DNA from: Candidatus Hodarchaeota archaeon
Lineage (GTDB): Archaea > Asgardarchaeota > Lokiarchaeia > Sigyniarchaeales > SOKP01
Reading direction: 5' to 3'
NCBI GenBank assembly: GCA_048887225.1
Contig: JBHLJY010000001.1
Coordinates: 1 to 64,000 of the forward strand
Length of the DNA: 64,000 nucleotides
Made by a program: the position numbers and the translations under genes. The stretch's first letter is position 1. Each line of letters opens with the position of its first letter. Of the stretch, positions 9,420 to 19,130 are shown piece by piece. The notes under the pieces were generated by a model. That model was not told the origin of the DNA. It worked only from the letters and a program-made list of their open reading frames with translations, and did no database searches.

Positions 9420-10994
9420 TTAAAATCCAGGAGAACCTCTTTTAATTTTATGCTTCTCATTTTCAGCCTTCTTATCCCCATTAATTAAATCTTCGAATAG
9501 AGGTATTTTAATGGGTATCGCAAATTTAGTAAAATTCGATGTGACAATTGCTTCACCTATATCTAGACTTCCAATTGTCTGATTATCATCTGATAAATCT
9601 TGAGCAGAACTTTCAATTAAAGTCCTTCTCTCTGGACCCATCTCATTTCCAAGGATAATTTTTGTATTCATATTTGCTAAAATTTCTCTTTCTATTAAGC
9701 TGGGTAATTGGGTAATTCCAATTAACCCGATTTTAAACTTTCTACCCTCTCTAGCTATTTTACCAAAGACATTTTCTCTTGTTTCCAAGACTTTTTTGCC
9801 AATTACTCGTGGTGCCTCCTCTAAAACGATTGTAATAACTGGTTGATCTTCCAACTCATCTTTAAATTTCAGTCTCTTATATTCATTAAAGATGTTTTCT
9901 ACGATAATAGTTGCAACGAATATCTCTTCAGCACCTTCAAATAAAGAAGTATCAACTACAACAGTTTTACCATTTTTTAATGCATTTATGATGTGATGGA
10001 CTGTTAGTTCACTACCATCTAACACATATATTCCGTTCTCCATAATCTCATCGTTTTCATCAAAACTAAATCGTAATAAAAGTGAAAGCCTTCTTCTTAA
10101 CACATCTAAAGTAATTTCTTGAAGTCCCATGGGTCTAGGATAAGTTTCCTCATCATTGCTAAATATAGCTTGAAGCCAATTTTCTCTATGCTCACGATAA
10201 AATCCTTGCAAAGCTTCTCTTTGAGCCTGTGTAAAATTCATACTGCTTAATATATGTCTTGGTAGTATAAGATTTACATTAAATCTAAGGTCGAGAGCCC
10301 CTGGGATTCGTCGTATTGAATAAAAATCTAAAAATTCATGGCTATTTGGATGATCCCGGAGTCCTTTCTGACTTAATGAGCCATAATATTCATTATGTGG
10401 ATCAAAAACTAATTTACCACAGTTTAAATTCTCCATTAATTTATATAAAATGGTTTTAACTAAGTTGGACTTTCCTCTTCCAGTTGTAGCGGGGATTAAT
10501 ATATGATGCTTTAAAACTTCTGTTGCTTCTAATTTAACCTCAGTTTCCAAAATTTTGGAACCAGAACGTATCTTTCCCAAGTTCATGGGATTATCTATTT
10601 TTTCTTCTTTAAAAAATTCTAAATGCGTGTCCTCAATCTCAAATGCATCAGCTAAGAATGAGGGTAACTTTTTAGGTAAATATAATTTATTATCTTGAAC
10701 AAATATGAGTGGTCTGGCGGTCGCTAAAACATAATTCCTTAATTCTGGCTCGTATATTTTAAAATCTACTGCGGGTCTCTCTAAGCCATAACCTGCCATT
10801 AACTCTAGTGATGTATCAGGAATTTGGCTACCATATTGTAGATCCTTAATTTGATATATACAAAAATCATTTTCATTATTCCCTGCTACAAATAATTGTC
10901 CTAACTCAAAATCTTGGTTAGCTTTTTGCCTTATTAACAATTTTACAAAAGATCCTGATACAAAACTTCCTATAATATCTCCTAAATCAGACAT
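9420..10994 (-). CDS. herA: HerA bipolar helicase/translocase
   Basis: N-terminal HAS barrel, [40 protein letters not shown]. Confidence 0.93.
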   Translation of the reverse strand: MSDLGDIIGSFVSGSFVKLLIRQKANQDFELGQLFVAGNNENDFCIYQIKDLQYGSQIPDTSLELMAGYGLERPAVDFKIYEPELRNYVLATARPLIFVQDNKLYLPKKLPSFLADAFEIEDTHLEFFKEEKIDNPMNLGKIRSGSKILETEVKLEATEVLKHHILIPATTGRGKSNLVKTILYKLMENLNCGKLVFDPHNEYYGSLSQKGLRDHPNSHEFLDFYSIRRIPGALDLRFNVNLILPRHILSSMNFTQAQREALQGFYREHRENWLQAIFSNDEETYPRPMGLQEITLDVLRRRLSLLLRFSFDENDEIMENGIYVLDGSELTVHHIINALKNGKTVVVDTSLFEGAEEIFVATIIVENIFNEYKRLKFKDELEDQPVITIVLEEAPRVIGKKVLETRENVFGKIAREGRKFKIGLIGITQLPSLIEREILANMNTKIILGNEMGPERRTLIESSAQDLSDDNQTIGSLDIGEAIVTSNFTKFAIPIKIPLFEDLINGDKKAENEKHKIKRGSPGF

Positions 10995-11012
10995 TTTTAT
11001 CCCTTATTATTT

Positions 11013-12140
11013 TTATTTTCTTATCATATTTAAAATGTTATGAGCATCTACTGAACGTAGACGTGGAAGTATAAAACTTTCATAATTAATGGGGTCGAAT
11101 TCTGCGATTAGTTGAATTTTCTGGGGTTCTAATTCTCTTATTCCTACTGCTGCAATTTGATCGACCCGCATTAAACCATATGGATATCCAGGGTATGAAA
11201 GATCATTTGAATTGTTTGCTAAATTAGAAATAACTATTTCACGTTGTTCCTGAGACATGTGCTTTGCTTGATCCAATAATATATCAAATCTAAAGGAATA
11301 AGCTGAATTCTTATGTAATTTAACAAAATATAAATCTGCCTTCTCTTGTGCTTTTGTAATCCTAAAAATAGGATGGAAATACCAAGGAATATCCGGAAAT
11401 CTTTTATTACCGTAATAATTTATAGCTGAATTTAACGAATTTCCAGTTCTCGTAATTAATCTGCACGTTTTAGAAAGACCTGTAACTATTACACCCTTAC
11501 TAATAGCCATACGATATAGATTCTCTGCTAAATCAGTCTCACCTGTATATCCTGCTTGCAATGAACCATCACGAACAAAAATATCTCCCTCATCTAATTC
11601 ATATTTTATGAATTTTCTTGCATAAGACCATTCAGCAAATCTCATAGCGAGCCCCCCAAATGTTTCTATACCAGGAAGGCCCCAACCTTGTCTTACGGTA
11701 GGATCATTTAGAGGAAATATCAAATCATTAATTGGTAGATATTTTGAGAAATCCGGTTCCACAGGAAAAAAGCGTGTAATGTAAGCTAAAGAACCATTAG
11801 GTAAAGTATCCAAAACTGTAGCGCTATAGAACTCAATACTTTGAGGTGTTTTTTTGAGTTGAGCCCATTTATTAGAATCAAATAATACGCCCGCTACTCT
11901 ATTTAAGCTTATATTGAAATCAGCACTTTTTAATATTGCTCCATTTCCTCCATCAACAAATCCAAGTTTGCGTGCAACTTCACAATCAGGAATAGGAAAG
12001 ATTTTTTCTTCTTCAATATCAAACCCTTCTTCCCCTGAACCCTCAGCATAGGCCTCATCTTCATCAAAATATCCCTTTTTGCATTTCTCAATGAATTTTA
12101 CACAATTTTTTAATGCAGATCTATAAGTATTTGTTTTCAT
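11013..12140 (-). CDS. nurA: NurA 5'-3' nuclease
   Basis: FVDGG, RFAE, VRDGSL, GLSKT, GYPYGL..VD..A motifs; upstream of herA. Confidence 0.9.
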   Translation of the reverse strand: MKTNTYRSALKNCVKFIEKCKKGYFDEDEAYAEGSGEEGFDIEEEKIFPIPDCEVARKLGFVDGGNGAILKSADFNISLNRVAGVLFDSNKWAQLKKTPQSIEFYSATVLDTLPNGSLAYITRFFPVEPDFSKYLPINDLIFPLNDPTVRQGWGLPGIETFGGLAMRFAEWSYARKFIKYELDEGDIFVRDGSLQAGYTGETDLAENLYRMAISKGVIVTGLSKTCRLITRTGNSLNSAINYYGNKRFPDIPWYFHPIFRITKAQEKADLYFVKLHKNSAYSFRFDILLDQAKHMSQEQREIVISNLANNSNDLSYPGYPYGLMRVDQIAAVGIRELEPQKIQLIAEFDPINYESFILPRLRSVDAHNILNMIRK

Positions 12141-12309
12141 ATCTTAAATGGATGTCTTTTTAGTGATGGTGATTTTATATATCGATAAATCTTTAAATCT
12201 TAACAAATTAACCAATCGTCTATAGAATATTTAATCTGTTATTAACAATTTAATGACATGCTTATATTTAAATAAAAATAGAGTAATGAACTGCTAATTT
12301 TTTTAAAAA

Positions 12310-12453
12310 TTATTTAATTAGTTTAAATCTTGAATCAATCATATCTAAAAGATGTAAAAATTCTGCTTCCTTGAATAAAGGTTCCGCTCTTGCGCCATAG
12401 GCTTCTTTTCCGTGATGACCTAGAATAAGATGCATTATTCGATTTTCTAAAAA
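12310..12453 (-). pseudogene. 3' remnant of a YhaM/Cbf1-like HD-domain nuclease gene
   Basis: Manual translation FLENRIMHLILGHHGKEAYGARAEPLFKEAEFLHLLDMIDSRFKLIK* matches the H-x-I-L-x-HHG...P...EA..LH..D..D pattern; in-frame TGA directly upstream, and no N-terminal part. Confidence 0.75.
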
Positions 12454-12551
12454 TCAATATTTTAATGGAATTAAACAATACGCTTGATAATTATAATAGA
12501 AAAATAAAAAAAAACAATAGAAAATAAAAAAAAAAGAGGTTTAAAATTAGT

Positions 12552-12746
12552 TTATAAGTCTCGAGCCTTTACAGTTTTTCTACCATTTCCTTTTGCTCGA
12601 GCTACAGCTTTATCTAACATACCTATAATAATGTCATTTAAACTGTCGCCGTCTAAAACTGCACTACTTGTATTACAACCCTTAGATCTTATTAATTCCC
12701 TAACTTTAGATTTTACAAATAGCGGTTCTTTCCCTTTTTTTGCCAT
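12552..12746 (-). CDS. Small histone-fold protein with truncated alpha3 (face-to-face/bacterial-type histone)
   Basis: LFVKSKVRELI ... AVARAKGNGRKTVKARDL* ending; GAGG SD. Confidence 0.88.
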   Translation of the reverse strand: MAKKGKEPLFVKSKVRELIRSKGCNTSSAVLDGDSLNDIIIGMLDKAVARAKGNGRKTVKARDL

Positions 12747-13247
12747 AATTTATTCTTCCTCGTTTAAGATTTTAGTAAGAATTATTTAAATATGATTCAA
12801 AAACATACAAAATTAATGTTTTGTTAATTAATAATTTGTTTACTTGGATTTTTAAATGTTTTCAAATTTCTTCACTAAATTTGGATTTCATCATCCCTAT
12901 CAAGTGAATTTGACATTTTTTTCAAAATTAAATGTTAAAAATACAATCGATCTCAATATTCGTATGAAAAATTACGTATTTTCTTTGTTTTAACATTTAA
13001 GAGAACTAATCTTATGGTTTATTTGCTTAAGAATTTTTTTTTTTTTAAAAAACCAATAAAAATTGAATCTTTTTAGTTCATATACATAATAAATTCAATC
13101 AATTCAACAAAAAAATGAAAGAAACATATAAATTTTTAGCTATTATTTAAAAATTTTACAAGGGTTAAATAAAAAAATAAAAAAAAAAAAGGATTTTAAT
13201 GTTTTTTTGCTATACTGAAGAGAAAATAAATATTTAATTTCTCTGGT

Positions 13248-13526
13248 TTATTTTGGAGGTGAAAGGACAATTTCAATACTTGATACATTGTTGTTTTGTC
13301 CATTTTCTCCTTCTAATTGTTCAGTGGACAATACTATATCTTTATATTCTGTGCCTTTTAAAAATCTGTTGCGTAATATTTCGCATACATCGACAGCATG
13401 AGAAATAGCTCTGCCACGTGCCTTAACAGTGCATTCTTCGCCCTTGTTAAGGATCATCATCGTCGCCATCACATAATTCATGGTAGGACGACGGCCAACA
13501 AATACAGCATTTTCTTCTTTGGACAT
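13248..13526 (-). CDS. albA: DNA/RNA-binding protein Alba
   Basis: VFVGRRPTMNYV, VKARGRAISHAVDV, VSSIEIVL. Confidence 0.95.
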   Translation of the reverse strand: MSKEENAVFVGRRPTMNYVMATMMILNKGEECTVKARGRAISHAVDVCEILRNRFLKGTEYKDIVLSTEQLEGENGQNNNVSSIEIVLSPPK

Positions 13527-13599
13527 TATAATTACCTCTGACGTTTTATTTGTTTTTTTGAAATTTAGTTTTGTTTGTTTTTTTGATATTTTAGCTTTT

Positions 13600-13626
13600 T
13601 CGTATTATGTACGATGTTGTGTCGTA
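13600..13626. promoter_or_regulatory. Tandem palindromic sites upstream of alba (TCGTA-N5-TACGA-N7-TCGTA)
   Basis: Sequence tcgtattatgtacgatgttgtgtcgta; TACGA-N7-TCGTA recurs at 18118-18134. Confidence 0.4.
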
Positions 13627-13753
13627 ATTTTTTGGAATAAATTACTATTTGTAAAAAAGTAAAGGAATTTATTAAATTTTATTAAAGGATTAATGAAAAT
13701 TGAAATTTAATTTTCAAATTCTAAAATTCAGAATCATCATCTATACTTGATTC

Positions 13754-14413
13754 TCACTCAACTTTTTTTATAGATTTTATCTCATCATTAACTTTAATAT
13801 CTTCTTTTAAGTCCTCTATTTTTTCAGTTTTTTCCTTCTCTTTCTCTTCACCTTTGATTACATCCCATAATATACTTATTACGAGTGGAACAGAGAGAAT
13901 TATGAGGACTGGAATAAATAATCCATAATCTGCCAAAACAATCTTAATCCACCCAATATAGGGAATCCTTCCAATTACTACTCCTTTAACCCGTTTTTCT
14001 GGTATCCATTCTTCATCCTTATCACTATTCGCATCACCCTTAGTTCGAAATTCCCAATCGTCGTCCACTTTCCTTCTATCCACAACCCGATGAACGATAG
14101 GTTCTTCAGGAGCGCCAGACCATAATCCGTCTGCATCAAAAACAATAACATCTCCTATCTCTATATCCTCAGGATCTCTTCCTTGGATAAATAATAAATC
14201 ACCTTTATTAATCTTAGGAGCCATAGAATCTGAGATTACCACGACCATAGGTGTTTCTGTATTTAATGCGAGTTGGAGTATGAAATAGATTAAAAACGAA
14301 CCCAAAAATGCAAAAAGAATTAAAAAAAGAGAGATAATAATTTTCTTTTTTGAAATAGGTTTCTTTTTATCTGCTGATTTCTTTTTTAATGTTATTCTAT
14401 ATTTTCTTTGCAT
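13754..14413 (-). CDS. Signal peptidase I, archaeal/ER Sec11 type
   Basis: TM helix, VISDSMAP (Ser), GDLL, IVHRV (His), TKGDAN, IPYIG. Confidence 0.92.
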   Translation of the reverse strand: MQRKYRITLKKKSADKKKPISKKKIIISLFLILFAFLGSFLIYFILQLALNTETPMVVVISDSMAPKINKGDLLFIQGRDPEDIEIGDVIVFDADGLWSGAPEEPIVHRVVDRRKVDDDWEFRTKGDANSDKDEEWIPEKRVKGVVIGRIPYIGWIKIVLADYGLFIPVLIILSVPLVISILWDVIKGEEKEKEKTEKIEDLKEDIKVNDEIKSIKKVE

Positions 14414-14449
14414 ACTAATTAGAAGAAAAAATAAAAAATAATTAAATTT

Positions 14450-14884
14450 TTAAGTCGGCTCAAACGCTAAATCGATCCTTGTTTCTCCTTTTATGTCCGC
14501 TTCTAAGAAAGCTACTTTTACAGGAGTATCTATTTTAATTGTTTCTGGTTTAGATTCGTCAACACCAATTAATTGACCAGAAATCATAGGACCCTCATCA
14601 AGTTTAATAATTGAGAAACAATATGGTTTTTTAAAAGAATAACCTTTATCAGCCATATACTGAGTTCCGACTCCGATGCATGAAAATGCAGCAACTTTAC
14701 CTTTTCCTGTTAATTCTACCCATTCCAAGTTTATACTATTACATTTAGTGCATAATTTTCTAGGGGGAGCATATAATTCACCACAATTTTTACATTTCGA
14801 GCCCATTAATTTCTTTTCATTTAAATATTCCAAATAACTTTGGACCGTAATATCTTTTTCACTTTCAAACATGACTTTTTTCAC
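14450..14884 (-). CDS. DUF35 Zn-ribbon/OB-fold protein (thiolase partner)
   Basis: CKNCG..Y.PPRKLCTKC plus OB fold; directly downstream of thiolase. Confidence 0.9.
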   Translation of the reverse strand: MKKVMFESEKDITVQSYLEYLNEKKLMGSKCKNCGELYAPPRKLCTKCNSINLEWVELTGKGKVAAFSCIGVGTQYMADKGYSFKKPYCFSIIKLDEGPMISGQLIGVDESKPETIKIDTPVKVAFLEADIKGETRIDLAFEPT

Positions 14885-14893
14885 CTCTATTTT

Positions 14894-16159
14894 TTACCTT
14901 TCGTAAATGGTAACCACACAAGTACCACCACTTCCACCTAAATTGTGTGTAAGTGCACGTTCAACGTTTTCTTTGACTTGTCTATTTCTTTCAGCTATCC
15001 GCCTCATCTGCTTAAAGATTTCTACTGCCATTGCCACTCCAGATGCTCCTACAGGATGCCCTTTGGATTTTAATCCACCTGAAGTATTTATTGGCATAGC
15101 GCCATCTCTCTTTGTTTCTCCATCTTTTATAGCATCTACAGCTTTCCCTTTTTCGTAAAAGCCTAGATCCTCTATTGCCAGAATTTCCGCAATTGTAAAG
15201 CAGTCATGAACCTCTGCTATTTGAATATCCTTAGGACCTAAACCTGACATTTCATAGGCCTGTCGAGCCGCCTCTTTAGCAGCTTCGAAAGTTGTTAAAT
15301 CTGTTCTATCGTGTAATGACAATGATGCACTGCCTTGTCCTGTCCCAGTAATCCATATTGGTGTGTCAGTAAATTTTTTTGCAACATTTTCAGCCGCTAG
15401 AAATAAACAAGCAGCTCCATCAGTTACTAGTGAGCAATCAAATAATCTTAATGGAGAAGCAATAATAGGATTTGATCGACTTTTAAGAAAATCAAATTCA
15501 TCTTTCCAATCAGGAACTTCTCCACCAGAAGCTTTAATTTTAGCAGTTTTACTTTGCATTATATCCTTAATTGATTGTTGCATTTGAGCATAGGGATTTT
15601 CCTTTCCATTTATGTGGTTCTTTATTCCAACTCTCATCAAATCTTCTGAAGTAGTTCCATATTTGTGAAAATGAGCAGACGCAATAGAAGCATATAAACC
15701 TGGAAATGTAGCTCCTGCGGGATATTCATAAGTCACGTCAGATGCAGCAGCTAATGCATCTGTTACTAATGTAGTAGGCACTTCAGTCATGCACTCTACT
15801 CCACCTACAGCAATAACGTCGTGTATACCTGAAGCAATAGCTATTATTCCTTGTCTGAATGCAATTCCCCCACTAGCACATGCACCTTCAAATCTTGAAG
15901 AAGGCTTAGGAGATAATCCTACTAAATTTGCTATCTGAGGTCCTAAATGTCCTTGATGATTAAATAAATCTGAAGAATAATTTCCTACATAACAAGCATC
16001 AATATTTTCAGGCTCAATGCCATTATCTACATTTTTAACAGCATCCACCCATGCATCAACCCATAAATCTGGATTTCTCTTAAGGGGAAAGTGCTGTCCA
16101 AATTTACTCATTCCTGCACTAACTATAGCAACTTTTCTCGCTAATTTACCCAAATTCAT
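14894..16159 (-). CDS. Acetyl-CoA acetyltransferase / SCP2-type thiolase
   Basis: EGACASG, DCSLVTDGAA, EVHDCF, NTSGGLKSKGHPVGASG. Confidence 0.93.
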   Translation of the reverse strand: MNLGKLARKVAIVSAGMSKFGQHFPLKRNPDLWVDAWVDAVKNVDNGIEPENIDACYVGNYSSDLFNHQGHLGPQIANLVGLSPKPSSRFEGACASGGIAFRQGIIAIASGIHDVIAVGGVECMTEVPTTLVTDALAAASDVTYEYPAGATFPGLYASIASAHFHKYGTTSEDLMRVGIKNHINGKENPYAQMQQSIKDIMQSKTAKIKASGGEVPDWKDEFDFLKSRSNPIIASPLRLFDCSLVTDGAACLFLAAENVAKKFTDTPIWITGTGQGSASLSLHDRTDLTTFEAAKEAARQAYEMSGLGPKDIQIAEVHDCFTIAEILAIEDLGFYEKGKAVDAIKDGETKRDGAMPINTSGGLKSKGHPVGASGVAMAVEIFKQMRRIAERNRQVKENVERALTHNLGGSGGTCVVTIYER

Positions 16160-16346
16160 TCACTCTTTTTAGTTAATTTAATAATTTTATTAGTTTAGAA
16201 TTAAAAAATTGAATAATGGAAAAATTAAATTTCTTACCATTTTGAATAATATATTTTTGAAAAATCGATAAAATAAATTTAAGTGATATTTTGAGTTCCT
16301 TTTTAACAATATTAAATTTTTTATCTATATTTTCATTTAATTATTT

Positions 16347-16781
16347 ATGTCAGATTTAGAACCCGTTAAATGGGAAGATTATGAGATTGGACAATCTGCT
16401 TCATTTACTAAAACGATTACTGAAGAGGACGTTATGAAATTTGCTGAAGTGACTGGAGATTATAACCCTATCCATGTTAATCCCGAATATGCAAAAACTC
16501 AGATGTTTGGAAAACAAGTTGCGCATGGAGCTTTGAGTTCTGGTTTAATTTCAGCGGTTTTAGGTACTAAATTGTTTGGACCAGGTATTTTGTATGGTGG
16601 ACAAACAGTTAAATTCATTAAGCCTGTGTTTTTCGGTGATACTTTAACCGCTATTGGTACAGTAAAAGATAAATTTACGAAAAAAGAAGGTAAATTGAAA
16701 TTCATTATTTGTGATACCATAGTAAAAAACCAAGATGATGAAGTAGTAACATCTGGAGAAGGTACAATAATTTTTATGTAA
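16347..16781 (+). CDS. MaoC-family (R)-enoyl-CoA hydratase
   Basis: FAEVTGDYNPIH, VAHG, FIKPVFFGDTL hot-dog motifs. Confidence 0.92.
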   Translation: MSDLEPVKWEDYEIGQSASFTKTITEEDVMKFAEVTGDYNPIHVNPEYAKTQMFGKQVAHGALSSGLISAVLGTKLFGPGILYGGQTVKFIKPVFFGDTLTAIGTVKDKFTKKEGKLKFIICDTIVKNQDDEVVTSGEGTIIFM

Positions 16782-16828
16782 ATTTCTTTTTCTTTTTTAT
16801 TTACAATAGTTAATCTCATAAAAAAAAG

Positions 16829-17365
16829 CTAATATTCAATACCATAACGCGATGTAATACCTTGGGAAGAATAATAGTGCTTTATCATTTTCATCTCGGT
16901 GACCAAATCAGCGACTTCTTTTAATTTAGGATGCATATTTGGACCCCCAGTTAGTATTATTTCCACTTTTTCTGGTTTATTTTTGATAAGTTCGAGGACG
17001 GGATCAACAGAGATAATATTCATGGATATGGCAACTCCTACTTCATCAAGAATTACTATATCATATTCATCACTCATAACAATTTGTTTCGCAAAATCGA
17101 GTGCTTTTTTTCCTTCTTTAAAATCAAATTCACTAGGTTCTGCAATGAGTTCTGGACTTCCAAATTGTTTCAATTCGAAATTAGGAATTCCCTTAAGAGC
17201 CTCGATCTCCCCATATTTATAGTTTCCTTTCATAAATTGTACCATATACACCTTGAAACCATGTCCAGTAGCGCGAATTCCTTGACCAATCGCTGCAGTT
17301 GTTTTTCCTTTGCCTCTTCCAAAGTAGCATTGCACTAATCCAACTTTTAGTCTTTTTCGACTAAT
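16829..17365 (-). CDS. Cob(I)yrinic acid a,c-diamide adenosyltransferase (CobA/BtuR/CobO type)
   Basis: GLVQCYFGRGKGKTTAAIG, VQFMKG, ILDE, ADLVTEM..IKH, GIEY; frame is open to an ATT at 17365 (track start GTG 17335). Confidence 0.9.
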   Translation of the reverse strand: MSRKRLKVGLVQCYFGRGKGKTTAAIGQGIRATGHGFKVYMVQFMKGNYKYGEIEALKGIPNFELKQFGSPELIAEPSEFDFKEGKKALDFAKQIVMSDEYDIVILDEVGVAISMNIISVDPVLELIKNKPEKVEIILTGGPNMHPKLKEVADLVTEMKMIKHYYSSQGITSRYGIEY

Positions 17366-17561
17366 CTAAACCACATCACAAATTACTTTTCTTTTTTCAT
17401 AGAAAAAAATTAAAAAAGATAATTATACATAAGTAAAAAAAATAACTAAAAAATGTTATTTAATTAGTCTCATGACTTATTTGGATAAATTGATTAGTCA
17501 ATAATTCGATTATTATTCAATTTTTAAATATTACTTTATTTAAGATACTAAGCTCCAACCT

Positions 17562-18083
17562 TTAGGGATTTTTCTTGAATATTGGTACAAGTTTTTGGTT
17601 GGAGAGACTTTTAATTTGTCTTAGCCATTCGGATACTTCAGGTAAACTTTTTCCGAGGCCTTCAAAAGGAATTCCTTTTTTCTTTTTGGCGTACATTAAA
17701 GAATCTTCAATTTTCTCAGTAAAATCAAAAAAAACACGGAGATCATGAACCTTATTATTTTTATGATTATAGTTAAGGATATCTCTATATAGGTTAAGGA
17801 ATTTATGTGCAATTAACTTTAATTCGTAGTTTATAATTTTTGAATCAATATCTTCATCAGAATTTGCGATAAATAATAGATTTTCTTTCTTTATAATTCC
17901 ATAGCATTTATTTTCTAAATCGAATCTTGTAAGCCTACCTTTAGAAATTTCCTCAGCAAGTTTGCTTAGGGCAGACATTAAACCTCCAAAAAGCTGAACG
18001 TCAATCTCGTTACCATAAGCTCGATGATATAAAACAATTCCCGAAAAGTCAATAATCCAAATATCTTGTAAAATATTAGCCAA
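17562..18083 (-). CDS. Longin-like domain protein
   Basis: QDIWIIDFSGIVLYHR...QLFGGLMSALSKLAEEI...LLFIANS pattern. Confidence 0.72.
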   Translation of the reverse strand: MANILQDIWIIDFSGIVLYHRAYGNEIDVQLFGGLMSALSKLAEEISKGRLTRFDLENKCYGIIKKENLLFIANSDEDIDSKIINYELKLIAHKFLNLYRDILNYNHKNNKVHDLRVFFDFTEKIEDSLMYAKKKKGIPFEGLGKSLPEVSEWLRQIKSLSNQKLVPIFKKNP

Positions 18084-18117
18084 GAAATATCCCGATTTTT
18101 TAATATAATGATTATTC

Positions 18118-18150
18118 TACGATTTTCAATCGTATAGAATATATTCTATA
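18118..18150. promoter_or_regulatory. Two abutting palindromes in a divergent promoter region
   Basis: TACGATT-TTC-AATCGTA (18118-18134) and perfect 18-bp TATAGAATATATTCTATA (18133-18150). Confidence 0.5.
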
Positions 18151-18287
18151 TATGATAAGAAGTTTCGTTAATTTAAAGTTATAGTATTAAAAAACCGAAA
18201 GATGGTCAAAACAAGATAAATAGCCAACAAAAAAGTTATAGAAAATAGTTAAAAATGATATTATCATATAGATTTAATGGTGGATAA

Positions 18288-18473
18288 GTGATGAGTGATA
18301 TATCAAAAGAGATTTTAGAGAGAATTCCAAAGGAATGTGAAGAATGTAGCAGTATAAGAATAGAATTTTGGGAAAAAACAGAAGAGAAATATCTGTTTAG
18401 GTGTATTGACTGTGGAGCTTTTTATCCTATTCCTATTAATCCAGACAAATTGCATCTATATCCTGAGCTTTGA
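18288..18473 (+). CDS. Small Zn-ribbon protein
   Basis: CEEC...CIDCG; GGTGG SD. Confidence 0.75.
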   Translation: MMSDISKEILERIPKECEECSSIRIEFWEKTEEKYLFRCIDCGAFYPIPINPDKLHLYPEL

Positions 18474-18524
18474 ATAAGGAAAAAAAAAAATTTAATTAAG
18501 ATTTTTTGTTTTTAATTATCTTTT

Positions 18525-18923
18525 TTAGCTCTTTTCTTCTCGTAAATAGAAATAGATGTCCATAACAAGGAGTATGGCAACTACTATCATATCCATAATT
18601 TGGCTTGCCAAACTAGCTGCTGTATATGGCACATATGTAAAGGTCAATAAACCTAGGATCTCTACCATTATAAGCCATAAGATCGCAAATTCAAAAAAAA
18701 TTTTCACATTATCCCATTCTCCTCTCATAACTGCGAGTAGAGCAACAATCCCAAGAAGTATAATAGTTCCACCCCAAAGCCGCAAGAGGGCTGGATTATG
18801 ATAAGGAGAATCAGTTAACGACTCATATAAATCTGGAATCAGCAAAAAAATACAGCCATAGATAAAGGCAACGATTGCATTGATTATAAAAACAATTTTT
18901 ATTTCTTTTGACATTTCTGCCAT
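18525..18923 (-). CDS. Four-TM membrane protein
   Basis: Four hydrophobic segments; AGGTGA SD. Confidence 0.8.
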   Translation of the reverse strand: MAEMSKEIKIVFIINAIVAFIYGCIFLLIPDLYESLTDSPYHNPALLRLWGGTIILLGIVALLAVMRGEWDNVKIFFEFAILWLIMVEILGLLTFTYVPYTAASLASQIMDMIVVAILLVMDIYFYLREEKS

Positions 18924-19130
18924 TTAATTTCTCACCTTTTATTTTTTTCAGACATAATGGATTTCTTTTTTTTTAGAAAAATTGTAAATATCATTAAGTT
19001 AAATATTAATATAAATCTTTTTACGAGATAATCTAATTTTATTGTCTGAATCTTTTAGAGTTCAATTAATGAATTCAATTTTTTTAGATTTTTGTGAAAA
19101 AAGTAGATAAAACTTATCTAAATTTGAATA

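Noticed and set aside
5997-12140. Anti-phage defence reading of the HerA/SMC-like genes
   Set aside because: The complete canonical nurA-herA-mre11-rad50 set indicates housekeeping DSB repair
12436-12480. Selenocysteine readthrough of the TGA before the HD fragment
   Set aside because: Sequence upstream of the TGA is non-coding-like, with no room for the rest of the protein before the histone gene
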